A DNA stretch of 64,000 nt from Felis catus (taxonomy: Eukaryota), in contig NC_058368.1 of NCBI RefSeq assembly GCF_018350175.1, positions 81,656,001 to 81,720,000 of the forward strand, given 5' to 3'. Of this stretch, positions 1 through 12,285 are shown piece by piece. Each line of letters begins with the position of its first letter. Position 1 is the first letter of the stretch. The position numbers and the translations under genes are program-made. Below the pieces are notes generated by a model. It was not told the DNA's origin. It saw nothing but the letters and a program-made list of their open reading frames with translations, and searched no databases.

Positions 1-42
1 AATATAACAAAATTCTGACCCATTAAAAAATGTGTTAAACGT

Positions 43-148
43 GGGGCCCTGGCTGGCTCCATCAGTGGAGTGTGTGACTCTTGATTTCTGGGTTGTGAGT
101 TTGAGTCCCACACTGGGTGTAGAGATTACTTAAAAATAAAATCTTTTT
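43..148 (+). mobile_element. Old short Can-SINE
   Basis: GGGGCCCTGGCTGGCTC head and ...GTAGAGATTACTTAAAAATAAAATCTTT tail. Outer TSD AAAAAATGTG(T/A)TAAACG at 25-41 and 654-670. Confidence 0.8.
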
Positions 149-150
149 TG

Positions 151-391
151 GGGGCGCCTAGGTGGCTCAGTCGGTTAAGCGTCCGACTTCAGCTCAGGTC
201 ACGATCTCGCGGTCTGTGAGTTTGAGCCCCGCGTCGGGCTCTGGGCTGATGGCTCAGAGCCTGGAGCCTGTTTCCGATTCTGTGTCTCCCTCTCTCTCTG
301 CCCCTCCCCCATTCATGCTCTGTCTCTCTCTGTCTCAAAAATAAATAAACATTAAAAAAAATTTTTTTTAATAAAAAAATAAAAAATAAAT
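151..391 (+). mobile_element. Feline Can-SINE (SINEC_Fc-type)
   Basis: tRNA-derived head with A/B-box-like motifs, CT-rich tract, AATAAA and A-rich tail. Confidence 0.95.
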
Positions 392-407
392 AAAATAAAA
401 TCTTTTT

Positions 408-636
408 TGGGGCGCTGGGTGGCTCAGTCAGTTAAGCGTCCGACTTCCAACTCAGGTCATGATCTCATGATTTGTGGGTTCAAGCCCCACATCGCGTTCT
501 GTGCTGACAGCTCAGAGCCTGGGGCCTGCTTAGGATTATGTGTCTCCCTCTCTCTACCCCTCCCTCACTCATGGTCTGTCTCTCTGTCTCTCTCAAAAAT
601 AAATAAACAGTAAAAAAAATTTTTTTTAATATAATA
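408..636 (+). mobile_element. Can-SINE
   Basis: GGGGCGCTGGGTGGCTCAGTCAGTTAAGCG head, CT tract, A tail. Confidence 0.93.
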
Positions 637-664
637 AATAAAATCTTTTTTTAAAAAAATGTGA

Positions 665-1510
665 TAAACGGGACTTCATCCAAGATTAAACTTCTGCTCT
701 GCAAAGGACACTGTTAAGAGAATGAAAATACTGAGGAAATATTTGCAAAACACAACAAAGGACCTGAATCCAAATTATAGGGAGAGAGGTCTGAAAACTC
801 AATAAGGAGGGGGGCAGGGAATACCCAATAAAAAACATAGCGTAAAAATGTTAAACAGACAATCAGCACGAAGGTGAACGGCACAGAAATAGATGACGTT
901 AGCCATCAGGGAAACTCAAGTTAAGACCACGATAAGACACCCTTATTCATCTATCCGAACTGCTGAATGAAACAGACCACCAGCACCCAGGCCGGGTGTC
1001 CCGTACACTGGCCGGGGACAGAGGTGGGGGTGGGGGGGGGCGGTGCATGAAGCTGCACAGGCACTCTGGAAACATTCTGGCAGTTTCTTTAAAAGCTGAG
1101 CATACACTTTTCATGTGACCTAGCAGTCCCACTTGTATCTATTCCAGAGAAATGAAACTTAGGGTGACATAAACCTCTGTACGTGAATGTTTGCAGCCGC
1201 GTTCCCTAGGACTCCCCGTGACCGCCAGAGCCCAGGACCCGTGCAGACACCCCCGCTATGTGCAGGGACAAGTAAGCCACAGGGCGTCCGTGCAGTGGAA
1301 CGCAGCTCTGCAGTGAAATGGAGTCACCTACTAACACATGCGGCACCACTAGTGAATCGCAGAAGCATCAGCAAAGTGAAAGCGGCCAGTCTCAAGAGCA
1401 CACACGGTATGATTCATCTACACGATATTCTGAAAAAGGCAACACAGAACAATCTAGAACAGAGGACGGCTGCCAGAGGCAAAATAGCAACACAGAGGAA
1501 GCAGTTGTGA
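665..1510 (+). mobile_element. Decayed L1 (ORF2 end / 3' region)
   Basis: L1-like motifs: GGACTTCATC...AAACTTCTGCTCTGCAAAGGACACTGTTAAGAGAATGAAA, TTAGCCATCAGGGAAA, GACCTAGCAGTCCCACT. Confidence 0.7.
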
Positions 1511-3984
1511 AATGTTTTTAAAACTATTAAATATTTAAAAACTAGGCCAGATACCAGATGGAGCTAGTCAGGGATCAATAAACACAACAACACAACAAAC
1601 ACAAGTTAGAATTCACGAGGAAGAATGGCACTCTTCCCATAATTAGTCCTCAAATTGATGGAGCGCCAAGTGTTAATCCGTATAAACTTTGAGTCCCACA
1701 CCTAGACAAAGTTTCAGAGCACAACAGCAAAATTTACATAGAGCGGAATTTCAGAACATAAAAGACAAAGAGAAGATCCTATGAGCTGCCAGATGGAGCT
1801 TCAAAGGAGTAAGAATCAGTTTAACGGCAGATTCTCATCAGTGAAGGAATGAACACCTTCCAAGTGGACGGAAGGAAAATCACTTCAAACTTTCCGTATC
1901 TGATTGATGATTTAGGAGATGAGGCTCTTAAGCACTTATCCAGGCCAGCAAATCCTGTTGAATCCATTTCTCACGGTGTGTCCCCACACGCCCATTCCAC
2001 GGCTCTATCCACCTGCAGTAGGTGTCCTAGGTAGCCGGCCACCCTGTGTCTACTCTTGTCCCTTAGAGCAAATTATCCACATGGCGGTCAGAGTGATCTT
2101 TTTAGAACATAAATAGTCATCGCTCTGCCTGACCCTCCCGTCAGGCCCAGAATCAAATCCAAACTCATGAGGACAGCCTGCCCGACCTGGTCCCTGGTCC
2201 CCGGCCACGCCCCAGCACCACGTCCCGCCTCTCCCCTCCCAGCTGCACTGGCCACACGCCAGCCGCACTCCGTGGTCTGGCCAACCCTGCCAACCCTTGA
2301 GCATACCACCCCACCCCCGGCTTGTGGCCCGGACCCTGACACTCTTCTCCCGCATCCTCCCAGGCCTCACCCCATCACTTCCCCCGGTTCTCTGTGGAAA
2401 TGTCACTCCTTCAGACCGCCCTCCTCTCCCAAGCACACCCAAACACGCACGCAGGAGAGAGACTACAGAGTCTTCCCCAAACACCACCACATCAGCACAG
2501 CATGTGTTCGGGACTTGGTGAGTGTGGACAAAGCAGGGCAGGGAAACAGCAAAAAGTAACCTGAAGGGTTTTTGTGGAGTCCCAGGATCAGGGAGTAGTT
2601 TTAATTTTCTTCTTTATACTTTTCCACACTTTTAACATTTTCTAAGGGGTAAACATTAATTTTAATACGTTAAAAGTGGCACTGAAAATTTCTCACCTGC
2701 AAGGGTGCCTGTAAAACTGTTCTAGTTGAGAAAATGTTTTTAGATTACCATGATCCTGAGTTCTACAAAAAAAAAAAATACTTCATTAACATACTCAGGT
2801 ACCTGAGACAAACATCTCCACTCCAAAAGTTTCATAAACTTTCCACTTTTCCAACAAAAATTCAAAACTCAACACCAGAAATCCTCTCCTCTCCCGTCTC
2901 TACGCCCTGCACCTGTGCCATGTGTAGCATTTCACTGCCACCTCACCAACCACCTTCAACTTCCCTACCTGCTGGCCAGACCAGTGTGCAGTCTCTCTTT
3001 CCTGCTGACAGAAAATATCTGAAAATTCCATCTGTATTTTTAGGTGAAATCTATCTAAGTTTCAAAGGTAGACGCACAGAATACAGGCTATTAACTTCAC
3101 AGTGACAATCATTCCTTGTTTGATGAACCTAACCATCAAACAATATCCACTACAGATTTCCAGTTTAACACTCCCACAACATTATTCCATTTCTAAGGTA
3201 AAAACTAAGTTCAATCAGTAATTCAAAGAAAACTCCTAAGCGCCAAACACCACGGGCCCTAAGACGGGACAGAAAATAGTGGTTCACCAGGCAGCTGAGT
3301 GACAACACGAAACACGACGCAAGTAACTCCAGAGGCAATCCGTCTGCGATAAGAGCTCCTAAGAAAATGAGCGAGACGCTGTGCCGGCCAACAGGGAGGA
3401 CCTCGCGACGTGGGCTGGTCAGGGAAGGCCTCTCTGAGGAAGCAGCCCTCTGACATGTAGGAACCTGCCACGAGAAAGGACACGAGGAGATTCAAGGGCT
3501 ACTGTGTCCACGGTCCCTCAAAGGATGCCAGTGTCGCTAGTTCCAAAATCCAAGCCGTGTTCCATCCGGAGTCCCAGGGGAGGAGGTCCAGGCTGAAGCT
3601 CTTTGATGACTGGCTAGGTCCAAGATGAAAAATTAGAGTATTGCATTGTTTTCACCAGCAAACACCAAAGGAATGTGCTACGTCCTCACATCCAATCCGC
3701 TCTGGGTATCAGGAGCCAAGGCAGGAAGGCAGTGTTCCTCTGCCCAGCCCCTGAGAGTATCCCCCTGAGAAGCAGGCACCAGTGAATTCAAGGACACACT
3801 GCCCAAGCAGCCGCTGTACCCACGCACACTCTCCAAACAAGCCGTGCAGAGAACACACAGGTGAGGACAGAGACGAGAGGCCGTTCCACAGGCCGGGCAG
3901 GTGCTTAGGTTCCTGCACTCAGCACAGAGATGGAAGGTGCCAGATTCCACACAGAAGAGCAGGAAGGAATTAATTCAAGACATC

Positions 3985-4215
3985 AGGTTCTGGAACCAGA
4001 GATGTGGGTTCCGATCCTGGCCCTGCAATTCACCAGCTTGGTGACGGTGAGCAAACTACTTTATCTCTCCGTGTGCGTGTCCTCATCTACAAAACGAGGT
4101 TAGTGAGAAGTATTCCAACCATCCAGCAACATTGGGAGTTAAATACACCAGCTCACAGTGTATGCAGAGTGTGGCAGAGAGTAAGTTGTTGAAAAACGTT
4201 AGGTATTTTTATTAG
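3985..4215 (+). mobile_element. MIR SINE relic
   Basis: GGGTTCCGATCCTGGCCCTGC...GTGACGGTGAGCAAACTACTTTATCTCTC...CCTCATCTACAAAACGAGG resembles the MIR core. Confidence 0.7.
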
Positions 4216-5079
4216 TATTAATCTGAAAATGTCATTTCAATGCATGATCTGTCTGCCATAGCCATTAAAACCACAACTCAAAGCACCCGGCTTTTAACTT
4301 TTCAGCAAGATAATGTGGCCTTCATCCTGTAGATTACACGTAGGAAACAAACTCTCTTCACCTGGCGTGATCAGATGTCCCCTCTAGAAAGGACCCGTGG
4401 CTGCAGCACAGAAGAGGTTCGCGTTCAGGACAAGGGAGACAGCGGGACCACATGGCCTCAATGCCAACGTGAAGGCTCCAAAGAGCACTCCGATGTGGGC
4501 CCAAGAGTTCGTAAGTGACAGTTACCTTCTAGACCCCAAAAGGGTTCCACGAGCACTCAGGTAGAAAATGAACATAAAGATGCACAGAAATAAGTGAATC
4601 CAAAGCCTGCGGCTACGTGCTCTCCTGGAATTCGGAAAGTGAGCAGGGTGGAGGTGCACGGTTTGGAAGCGATGCACACACGACACTGCTGTCCTATGGG
4701 ACAGGAAGGCACGTCGGCCAACACAGAGCAAGCATGTAAACCTGTAATTCTTTGCCCCTCCAGACGCAGGCCACAGGCCACAGGCCACAGGGACTCTGCG
4801 CTTGAGACACCACACTCCCACACGGACCTACAGAGTCATACTATCTGGAGACGGTGCCCACGACATCAATTCCGAGGAGGTATCACATGGAGAGATGCAC
4901 GGCGACAAGGTGTGAAGGCTTAGCTACCGTAAAAGGCCCCCCCTTCGACCACTGCCACACCACCAGTCCCGCCACAGCAACCCTGGTACCAGGTCCTCGT
5001 GTGGCCACGCTCCACGCGCAGCTCCCACGGAATGCAAGGCTATGCTCCAAAACAGAAACAAGACATGCTGCTCTAGACT

Positions 5080-5250
5080 TGGGGCTCTCAGACTTTTCAG
5101 TCTCAGGGCCCCCTTCCATGCTGATGATTGAGGATCCCTAAGAGGATTTACTTATTCGTGTAGGTTATATCAATATTTACTGGATTGGGAATTTAAACCG
5201 AGATCATTTTTAAATTTTAGATCATTTTAAAATAACAGTAAGCCCACTAA
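5080..5250 (+). mobile_element. hAT-Charlie (Charlie1-like) DNA transposon fragment
   Basis: TCTCAGGGCCCCC...ATTGAGGATCCCTAAGAG...GGTTATATCAATATTTAC resembles the Charlie1 end as recalled. Confidence 0.5.
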
Positions 5251-5805
5251 GCACAACTTTCCAATGAAGCCTAAAACACTGGAATTTCTATGTCAGTAGA
5301 CATTTAGTGCACATTTCAACATACACTTAATGTAACTTTTAACATATATTTAATATACATTGATTTTCCCAAGTATATAATCAAGGAAGACCATAATTTA
5401 TTCATCTGGAACTTCATCAAGGGCTCTTCACCACTTCGGAAAATCATGACACCAACAGCAATACCGCGTGAGGCCCACGAGTCACCAGGACGGCACCCCG
5501 TCCTCCTGCGCCGTGGCTCGGAGCACACTCACAGCACTGTCACAGCAGAAGATAGTCATCTCACCTCAGTGCACAGTGTACTGGAGCCGCCCCTGAGCAT
5601 TTGTGTTCAAATACTCACCTAATAAAACCCACTGTGCTCGTTATCTTCTAGTTAGGAAAAGAATTACAAAGTATGAAAAGGCAGGTTGCTTCTGAAACAT
5701 CCAGAACACACTGGCTGGCAGTATGTGTGTGTTTGAAGCAAATTCGAAGGCTGGAAAAGGTGAGAAATAATGATTATATTAACTTTATAAACATATCAGG
5801 CACCA

Positions 5806-5933
5806 GGGGGCGCCTGGGTGGCTCAGTCAGTTAAGCATCTAACTTGGGCTCAGGTCATGATCTCGCAGTTTGTGAGTTCGAGCCCCGCGTCGGGCTCTGT
5901 GCTGACAGCTCAGAGCCTGGAGCCTGCTTCAGA

Positions 5934-5984
<51 letters not shown>

Positions 5985-6082
5985 TCTCTCTCTCTCTCTC
6001 TCTCTCTGTCCTTCTCCCACTCACGCTCTGTCTCTCTCTCTCTCCTTCGGAAATAAACATTAAAAAAAAATTATAAAATAAA
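5806..6082 (+). mobile_element. Can-SINE carrying a (TG)23(TC)12 microsatellite
   Basis: Typical head and tail. TG run 5937-5982, TC run 5983-6006. Confidence 0.93.
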
Positions 6083-7549
6083 AGTAACAGGTATCAATTA
6101 TTCCTCAATATCATAGTCTTGAAAAAGCAATATTATAATAATACAAGGCCAATTGTTTATAACATGACCTTGGAAAAAGAATTAATCAAATGTTCTACTT
6201 AGTTACCAGATAAAATACCCACTAACGAAAAGATTTTTTTAAATGTCAAACGCTGTAAAGGAAGCAATTAATATTGCTTTTGTTCAGTAAGGTAGAACAA
6301 ATCAGAACAAGGCAAGCTATTAAATACTTATAAATTCTTCAGTAAATAGCATGTATTTGGAATTATGAATATAATGGTTTGGCAATCCTCGCGGTCCAGA
6401 ACAGAGCTAACGGAATCATCTTTGATGGATTTTATGATCCATTTGGTTCAGAGAGGATCCCCTCAGGATCTCGCAGAGAACATATTTACTCTTATATTTA
6501 AACACGGTTCTAAAGAGAGACAGGAGGAGGCAGAACTCTGCTGAAGATAAGTGCTTTAATCTCCTTGAAGGGTGAAACAATCAAAAGGAGCCTCAAATTT
6601 TAAAAAAGAATTTTTTTTTTTTTTATCGAGAAACATCATGGTACCTCACAATGAGTGGCCTTCAAAGTCCAGGTATGAGCATGGGGGGAATGGACAACCG
6701 TGTGAGTTATCCTGGAAGGAAAACCGAGGACCCGCCAGCACAGTGAGACCGCTGGCGTTAGAGTAAGTAAGTGGTAACCAGCAAGCTCAGCCCTCTGGCT
6801 TCTCCTAGGATCAGGAACATGGAATCAGAAAGGTAACTCGGGGTGCTTGAGGTGCACGTACAGGAAAGCTGGAGACAAAACCTGAAAACAACAAGCCAGG
6901 CTCGCAACCTGTGCACCTGTCCTCTCTCTGGGGAACCCTCTCCAGGTGCTCCTGGGCTCCCCCCCACCCTCACTCCAGTCCATCGAATCATCTCCGCAGA
7001 GGCTTTCCCTCACTTCTTCCCTCAAAATCCCAGCACCCCGCTCTATCTCCGTTTCAGCATTTATCCCTAACCTACAATTACCTATTTTACCACGACTCCT
7101 CCCCTAGAATGTACATCTACCAGTGGAATGACTGGTCTGTGCATCTCCGCATCACACAAGCACCCAGCATAGTGCCTAGGGTTGGGGAGCCCAAAGGGAC
7201 AGACTTAAACTTTATATAAAATGTCCCAAGAACTGTGTGAGGTTGGTGTCATTGAATAGGCTGACGGGAAAAAAAAAAAAATCCAGCTTTTACCCCTACA
7301 GCTATCATAGAACATCAACTCAAGTATGTACCTAATTGTCATGAATCGCGAGAGGTTAAAATTTGGTCATTATATTTTCAAAGTAATTTTGTGTAAAGTC
7401 TTCCAGCAAAAACTGCACGATTTCTCGTCCACCGCACGGCGCTGAAGGCATAAGCAACCCCGTGTCTTCAGTTACCCAGAAAATCCCTCCAGGGTGGACT
7501 CCACGCATCCCCTTCGCGTCCCGCCAAAACAAACACCAAGAGGGCAAGC

Positions 7550-8520
7550 CATGTCAAATCGTTAAAACACCGCGGCCGCAATGGCTCCACACCCCGCAGG
7601 GCTGGGCTTGGGTATCGGCATCCGCAGGGCGGCCTCTCCAGGACAGCTTCGTACCAAGCCCAACCTCAGCCCTTGGAAGAAAACCAGGGAGGTAACAGTC
7701 ACGCACCCCCGCTTCGCAGCACTCTCCGACCGCTCGACCTTCCCGGGGGGGCAGGGAGCACGCTGCTGCTCGCCAGCTCCCGGCCACCCGGCCCAGGCCA
7801 CCGCTGCCCTGCCTCCCCGGTGACTTTGAACAAGGTGGACGCGCTCGCGAGCCGCCGTGCCCGGCTTCGCCCCCCGGGCCCGCTGCGCCCGGAGCGGTGA
7901 CTCAGCCTCGCCGGGGTCCGGCCTCCCTGCCTCCGCCCTCGGGGCTGCAAGCCCTCCGCAGGCCGCCCCGCCCCGGGTACGCGCCCCTCCCCAATCCCGC
8001 CGCCCATGCGAGGCCTCCGGATCCCAGGCTGACGGGCGGCCTCCGGAACGCGCCTCGGCCCCGAGCCGCCGACCCAGCCTCGCTACCTTCGCTCCTGCCC
8101 AGGATCCGGCAGCACAGGTTCTGCAGCAGGACGTTCGGCGACTTCTGGTCCGGGGTCGCCATCCTCGCCTGGGACCGCCCGCGGGGGCCCCGCAGAGCCC
8201 CCCGGCTCTCGCCCACCCCACGCCCCTCGCCACGCAGGCTCCGGTCGTCCCCGACGGGCTACGGCCTCTCGGGCACCGCCGGCGACCAGGCCGCCATTTT
8301 AACGGAACCCGCCGAAACCGCGGGCCCTTCCCACAATGCCCCGCTTCTTCCGGCCGCTCGGGGCGCTGGTGCGCCGGCCTCAGAGTTCCCCGCTCCGTGG
8401 CGCGCGGTCCCCGGACCGCAGCTACCGCGCGTGAAGGGTTCCGGCACCAGCTGCTCCAGCTGCTCAGACCGCATGGTCCCCGACACGGGGTCCTGTGGCC
8501 CAGGTCCCCCAACACCCCTG
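7550..8520. promoter_or_regulatory. TUBGCP3: CpG island / TUBGCP3 promoter, 5' UTR and start of intron 1
   Basis: Very GC- and CpG-rich block around exon 1. YY1-type motif CCGCCATTTT at 8291-8300, ETS-type CTTCCGG near 8347, and GC boxes. Confidence 0.9.
8087..8162 (-). CDS. TUBGCP3: Gamma-tubulin complex component 3, first coding exon (partial CDS; gene continues beyond the left edge of the window)
   Basis: Translates to [25 protein letters not shown], the N-terminus of mammalian GCP3 as I recall it. ATG at 8162 in context AGGATGG. 76 nt ending in a phase-1 donor GAAG|GTAGCG at 8087/8086. Lies in a CpG island. Confidence 0.96.
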
Positions 8521-8574
8521 AGGTCAGGAAGGCCACTGATTTGCTCTGTGCTCAATAACATCTTTATAATCCAT

Positions 8575-8790
8575 AATTTTAAGAAAGTTTTAATGTTTAT
8601 TTATTCTTGAGAGACAGAGAACGAGTGCGAGCAAGGGAGGGGCAGAGAGAGAGGAAGACACAGACTCCGAACAGGCTCCAGGCTGTGAGCTGTGAGCACA
8701 GAGCCCAACACGGGGCTCGAACCCATGAACTGTGAGATCATGACACGAGACAGTCAGACGCTTAACCGACTGAGCCCTCTAGGCGCCCCC
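8575..8790 (-). mobile_element. Can-SINE at the upstream edge of the CpG island
   Basis: Reverse-complement pattern TTTAATGTTTATTTATT...GACTGAGCCCTCTAGGCGCCCC. Confidence 0.92.
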
Positions 8791-11039
8791 GTAGACTTTT
8801 TTTTTTTTTTAAACATCATTGGCTCAAGCTAACTTTTGGTGGAAGAAGTCTGCTTAAAGGAGTGCAAGATTTTATGGGTTTTGACACTTGGTCGACATTG
8901 ACACCCGGTACACTTTCTAGGTTTTCATAGATAGCATGTGACTATTCACCATCCCTAACCCCAGGCTCCCCTCCCCACACGTCCAGGGTAACTAGTCATC
9001 TGAAGACTAAGTCAGGCCTATGAAGACTGAGGGGGGAAGGGCCCAAAGAGAACAAGGCAGATCAGCAGGCCATCACAAGGCATTTGAAACTCTGTTATAC
9101 ACACCTGCACACAAGTGCAGGGGGGAGGCTGCAGGCACTGAGAAATGCCCCACCCGAGAACAAATGAGCCAATCCACACACCAACTGGTCAAAGATGTGA
9201 GATGCTGGCGGCCAGGAGCTTTGTGGTTCCCGTGACTGCAGCCAGTTAGACACAGGCAACACTTACTCCACTGCGGACCAACCTGTTTCCTTCCTGAGAA
9301 TCTGGAATTAAGATGAAAAGAGCTTGTATCCACAGATGGGCTGCACTATACTGCAGAAAAACAGACACCTAACAACAATCAAGTGAGCTGAGCACAAGAG
9401 AAAACTCCACCCCTTCCTTCCCAGGGTGGGGGAAGACAGCAGGCCTTACAAACGGGACCCCCTGAGGCTTCCCACTGAGGATGGCACCTGAATGAGGTGT
9501 CCCGAAGGAGGGCCGGGCCCTAAAGGGACCTACTTGGCGGACCATGCATTTAATACCCACTTTGCACCACATGAATTCTAGGAACAGGAAAACCAGAAGG
9601 GCCCCGGGACGATCGTCAAGCACGTGTCTGAGAGAGGCAACTGCAAGGCCAGCACCTCACGCCCAGAACAGAGCTGCAGCGTCAGACGTCAGATGTGGCG
9701 GGTGGCGCCAGTGTCCTCCCTCCCAGCGATCCGCTATGCATGCGGGGTTTCTGAGGTAACAGAGCCCCCCATCGCAGTCGTGACAACAACATCACACAGC
9801 ACCAAGACCATGCGAGGCACAGTGAGGGAAGGAGACTGCACAGTGCGTGGCCCAGAAGAGTGGACACGGTGCCAGCGTGTCCTGTCAACGCCCATCGCTG
9901 AAATTTACCTGAAGGTGCCTTGGCTCTTCCAATACGAAGATGGAAACACAGCAACTAAAATGCAATGTGGTAGGCATGCGGCAGGGATATCCCACCAAGT
10001 GGCAACTCAGATACAAAACCGAGGACCCCACATTTTAAAGAAAGCCACGGAAAACGGGAGGCAGATGCTGCATCAGGACTGATAGGACGTGGCCCAGCAG
10101 ACATGCTAACTCTCCGGCCATGTTCACTCCCACCCTAAAGGTCCACCCCCTGCTGATCAGCTGACCATGGAGAAGGAGGGCGCTCTGGAGTCCCGAGACT
10201 ATTTCAGGGACATCAGGACCTGCCAGGACCCTGCAGAGTCAAGACCTCCTGCGTGGAACCCACAAGGAAAGCCACGTGTGTGCCTCACAGACAACTGGTC
10301 TCAGATGCCCGTGCGGAGATAGCCACTCGGGGCCAACCTGACGGAGGGTGTGCCTGCATGCAGAGCTAACCGAGAGATGCCTGACCTTTGTCCTGACCCC
10401 TTTGCCCTGACTCCAATCCAGGGAGTTAGAATCAGCAGGGAGGTGAAGGAAGAGGGAAGAACAAATGTCACCGTCTCCCTCGGGCGCCTCAGGCTGGTGA
10501 CGCCTGGCTGTGCAGGGATGAGGAAAACCCATGAGCTTCAGGCTGGGTCCAACATGGGAGCTTTGCGTCGACCTGGGCAGGACTTCCTCAAACACTGGAT
10601 GTGACCAAGAGGCCGCGGGTGCCTCAGGCGCCACTAAGGACGGGACAGGGAGAAGCGACCTAACCCATCTGGGGAACTTGGCTGGCAAAAAAATACTTTT
10701 TGGCACAAGTATCTTTTTGGCAAGATTTTGTAACCGGAAAACTTCTACTTTTAGTGTTTAAGCCCTACTTTAAGTGTTAGACTCCTTAAAGGCAGGTCCC
10801 CGATGCTATGGTGTAGGAACCAACCATGGGGCCCTGTTCACATTTCTTGCCTCCCAGAATTGTCACCTGTTTGTAGTCCCCTCCCCTCAGCTCCGGACAG
10901 ACCCGCTGGTTTGCTTTTCTTGGTAGGAGCAGTGAGGGCCTGCTCCCAGCCTCAGCCTCCAGAAGGCCTGGCAAGCACCTCTTTGCACTCCTGGGAGCCT
11001 GGAGCCGCCGTGTCAGAAGGCCAGCCACTCTGCAGGACA

Positions 11040-11275
11040 GACCACAGGTGCAGGCCACATGGGAAGGGAAGGACCCTGAGACCCCAGGCAACGAGGGCAG
11101 CCAGCTACCCCAGTGTCCCAGCTGAACCCGGTCCCCTGCTGTCGAGCCAGCTAAATGCAGAGACTATGTGCAAAGCAAACAGAATCCACCCAGATTGTGG
11201 AATTGTTAGCAGATAAAATGCTCATCGTTCTCAGCCCTTACGTTTGGGGATGGTTTGTCACACAGCAGAGAGTAC
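11040..11275 (+). mobile_element. MLT1-like (ERVL-MaLR) LTR, 3' part
   Basis: CCCAGCTGAACCC...GAATTGTTAGCAGATAAAATG...GTTTGGGGATGGTTTGTCACACAGCA is a typical MLT1 end. Confidence 0.6.
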
Positions 11276-11299
11276 TAGTGTGCCCGGTGTTTGCCTGGA

Positions 11300-11815
11300 G
11301 GGTTCGAGCGTGGCCACGTGGAGGACGGGCCTGCCTTTCCCTGTCTGCCCTGCCCTGCCCTGATCTGCCCTACATCTGGACAACACTACAATGCAAGCCC
11401 CCGGGACAGCTGGCCCCCCTGCTAGGTTCAGCCAAAGGAGTCACTGGTAGAGAAGTGGAGGTCAGAAGGAGACGACGGCAGCGATCACCCTGTGGCGCCC
11501 GGCCCTCGCCTTCTCCATGCCAGCAGCCAAACGTCCTCTACAGCTGCACCTGCTACCAGCCTGCCCCTTCTTTCATGGTCCCAATCTCCCCTGTGCAGCT
11601 CTCCTCCCAGATCTCACCCCCACGGGAAGATTCCAGAACATGCCATATGGTAAATCAGCTCTTCTCGCCGTCTCTTCAGCCCTATGCCAAGGAGCCACTT
11701 TCTGCACTTGCTAATCCGAGTTCCTCACCTCCTGCTGCAACCGCCTGCATGACCAGTTCCCTGTATTAAGGCCCCTGCATTGCTGGCGTGGCTTCTGTCT
11801 TGCAGACTGGCCCCT
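11300..11815 (+). mobile_element. Old ERVL-type LTR relic (LTR16/LTR33-like)
   Basis: CTGCCCTGCCCTG...TAGGTTCAGCCAAAGGAG...CCCTGTATTAA...TGGCTTCTGTCTTGCAGACTGG resembles this LTR class. Confidence 0.4.
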
Positions 11816-12159
11816 GCTCTCCAGTCCTTGCTAGTAAGGGATGATCACAGGGCCGAGATCCTCAGCTGGGGTTCCAGGATGGAGCTGCTCATGTCTGAGC
11901 TCAGATATGTTAGGATCCTTTTGAAGGTGGAACCCATCACGTGTGGAGGCACCAACCCGAGCTTTTATCAGCACCGGCTGATAGCAAGACCCTGGGGAAT
12001 TAAGTAGCTGCCGTAGTCAGATGTCAGGGCAGCAAGGACGGCCACCAAGACCGCAGTGTGGGTGGACTGGACTGGAGTATATTTGGAAAGCTTGGGTATA
12101 GCTTAAGGTGCAGTCACGGAACCAGAGTGCTCCAACAGCAGCCTTCAGAGGAATCTCTT

Positions 12160-12285
12160 ATTTTTTTTAAGATTTGTTTTATTTACTTATTTTTAAATAA
12201 TTTCTACACCCAACACAGAGCATGAACCCACAACCCCGACACCAAGGGTCACATGCTCTACCGCCTAAGCCAGCCAGGTGCCCCG
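12160..12285 (-). mobile_element. Old short Can-SINE
   Basis: TAATTTCTACACCCAACAC...AGCCAGCCAGGTGCCCC. Confidence 0.75.

Larger units (their letters stand above)
1..8086 (-). other. TUBGCP3: TUBGCP3 intron 1 (partial)
   Basis: Follows the GT donor at 8086. I did not find sequence encoding the expected next residues (ADVAQQFQYAVRVIG) in this interval, which is repeat-rich. Confidence 0.8.

Noticed and set aside
151..240. tRNA-like A/B boxes here and in similar copies
   Set aside because: These are the tRNA-derived heads of SINEs, not tRNA genes.
6420..6525. Acceptor-like TCTCTCTTTAG on the minus strand as candidate TUBGCP3 exon 2
   Set aside because: The downstream sequence does not encode the expected ADVAQQFQYAV and reaches a stop in the exon 1 frame. 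No clear donor.
7562..8610. Long ORFs (233-324 aa) on both strands over the promoter
   Set aside because: Pro/Arg/Gly/Ala-rich products of stop-poor CpG-island DNA. Only the 25 codons matching TUBGCP3 are supported.
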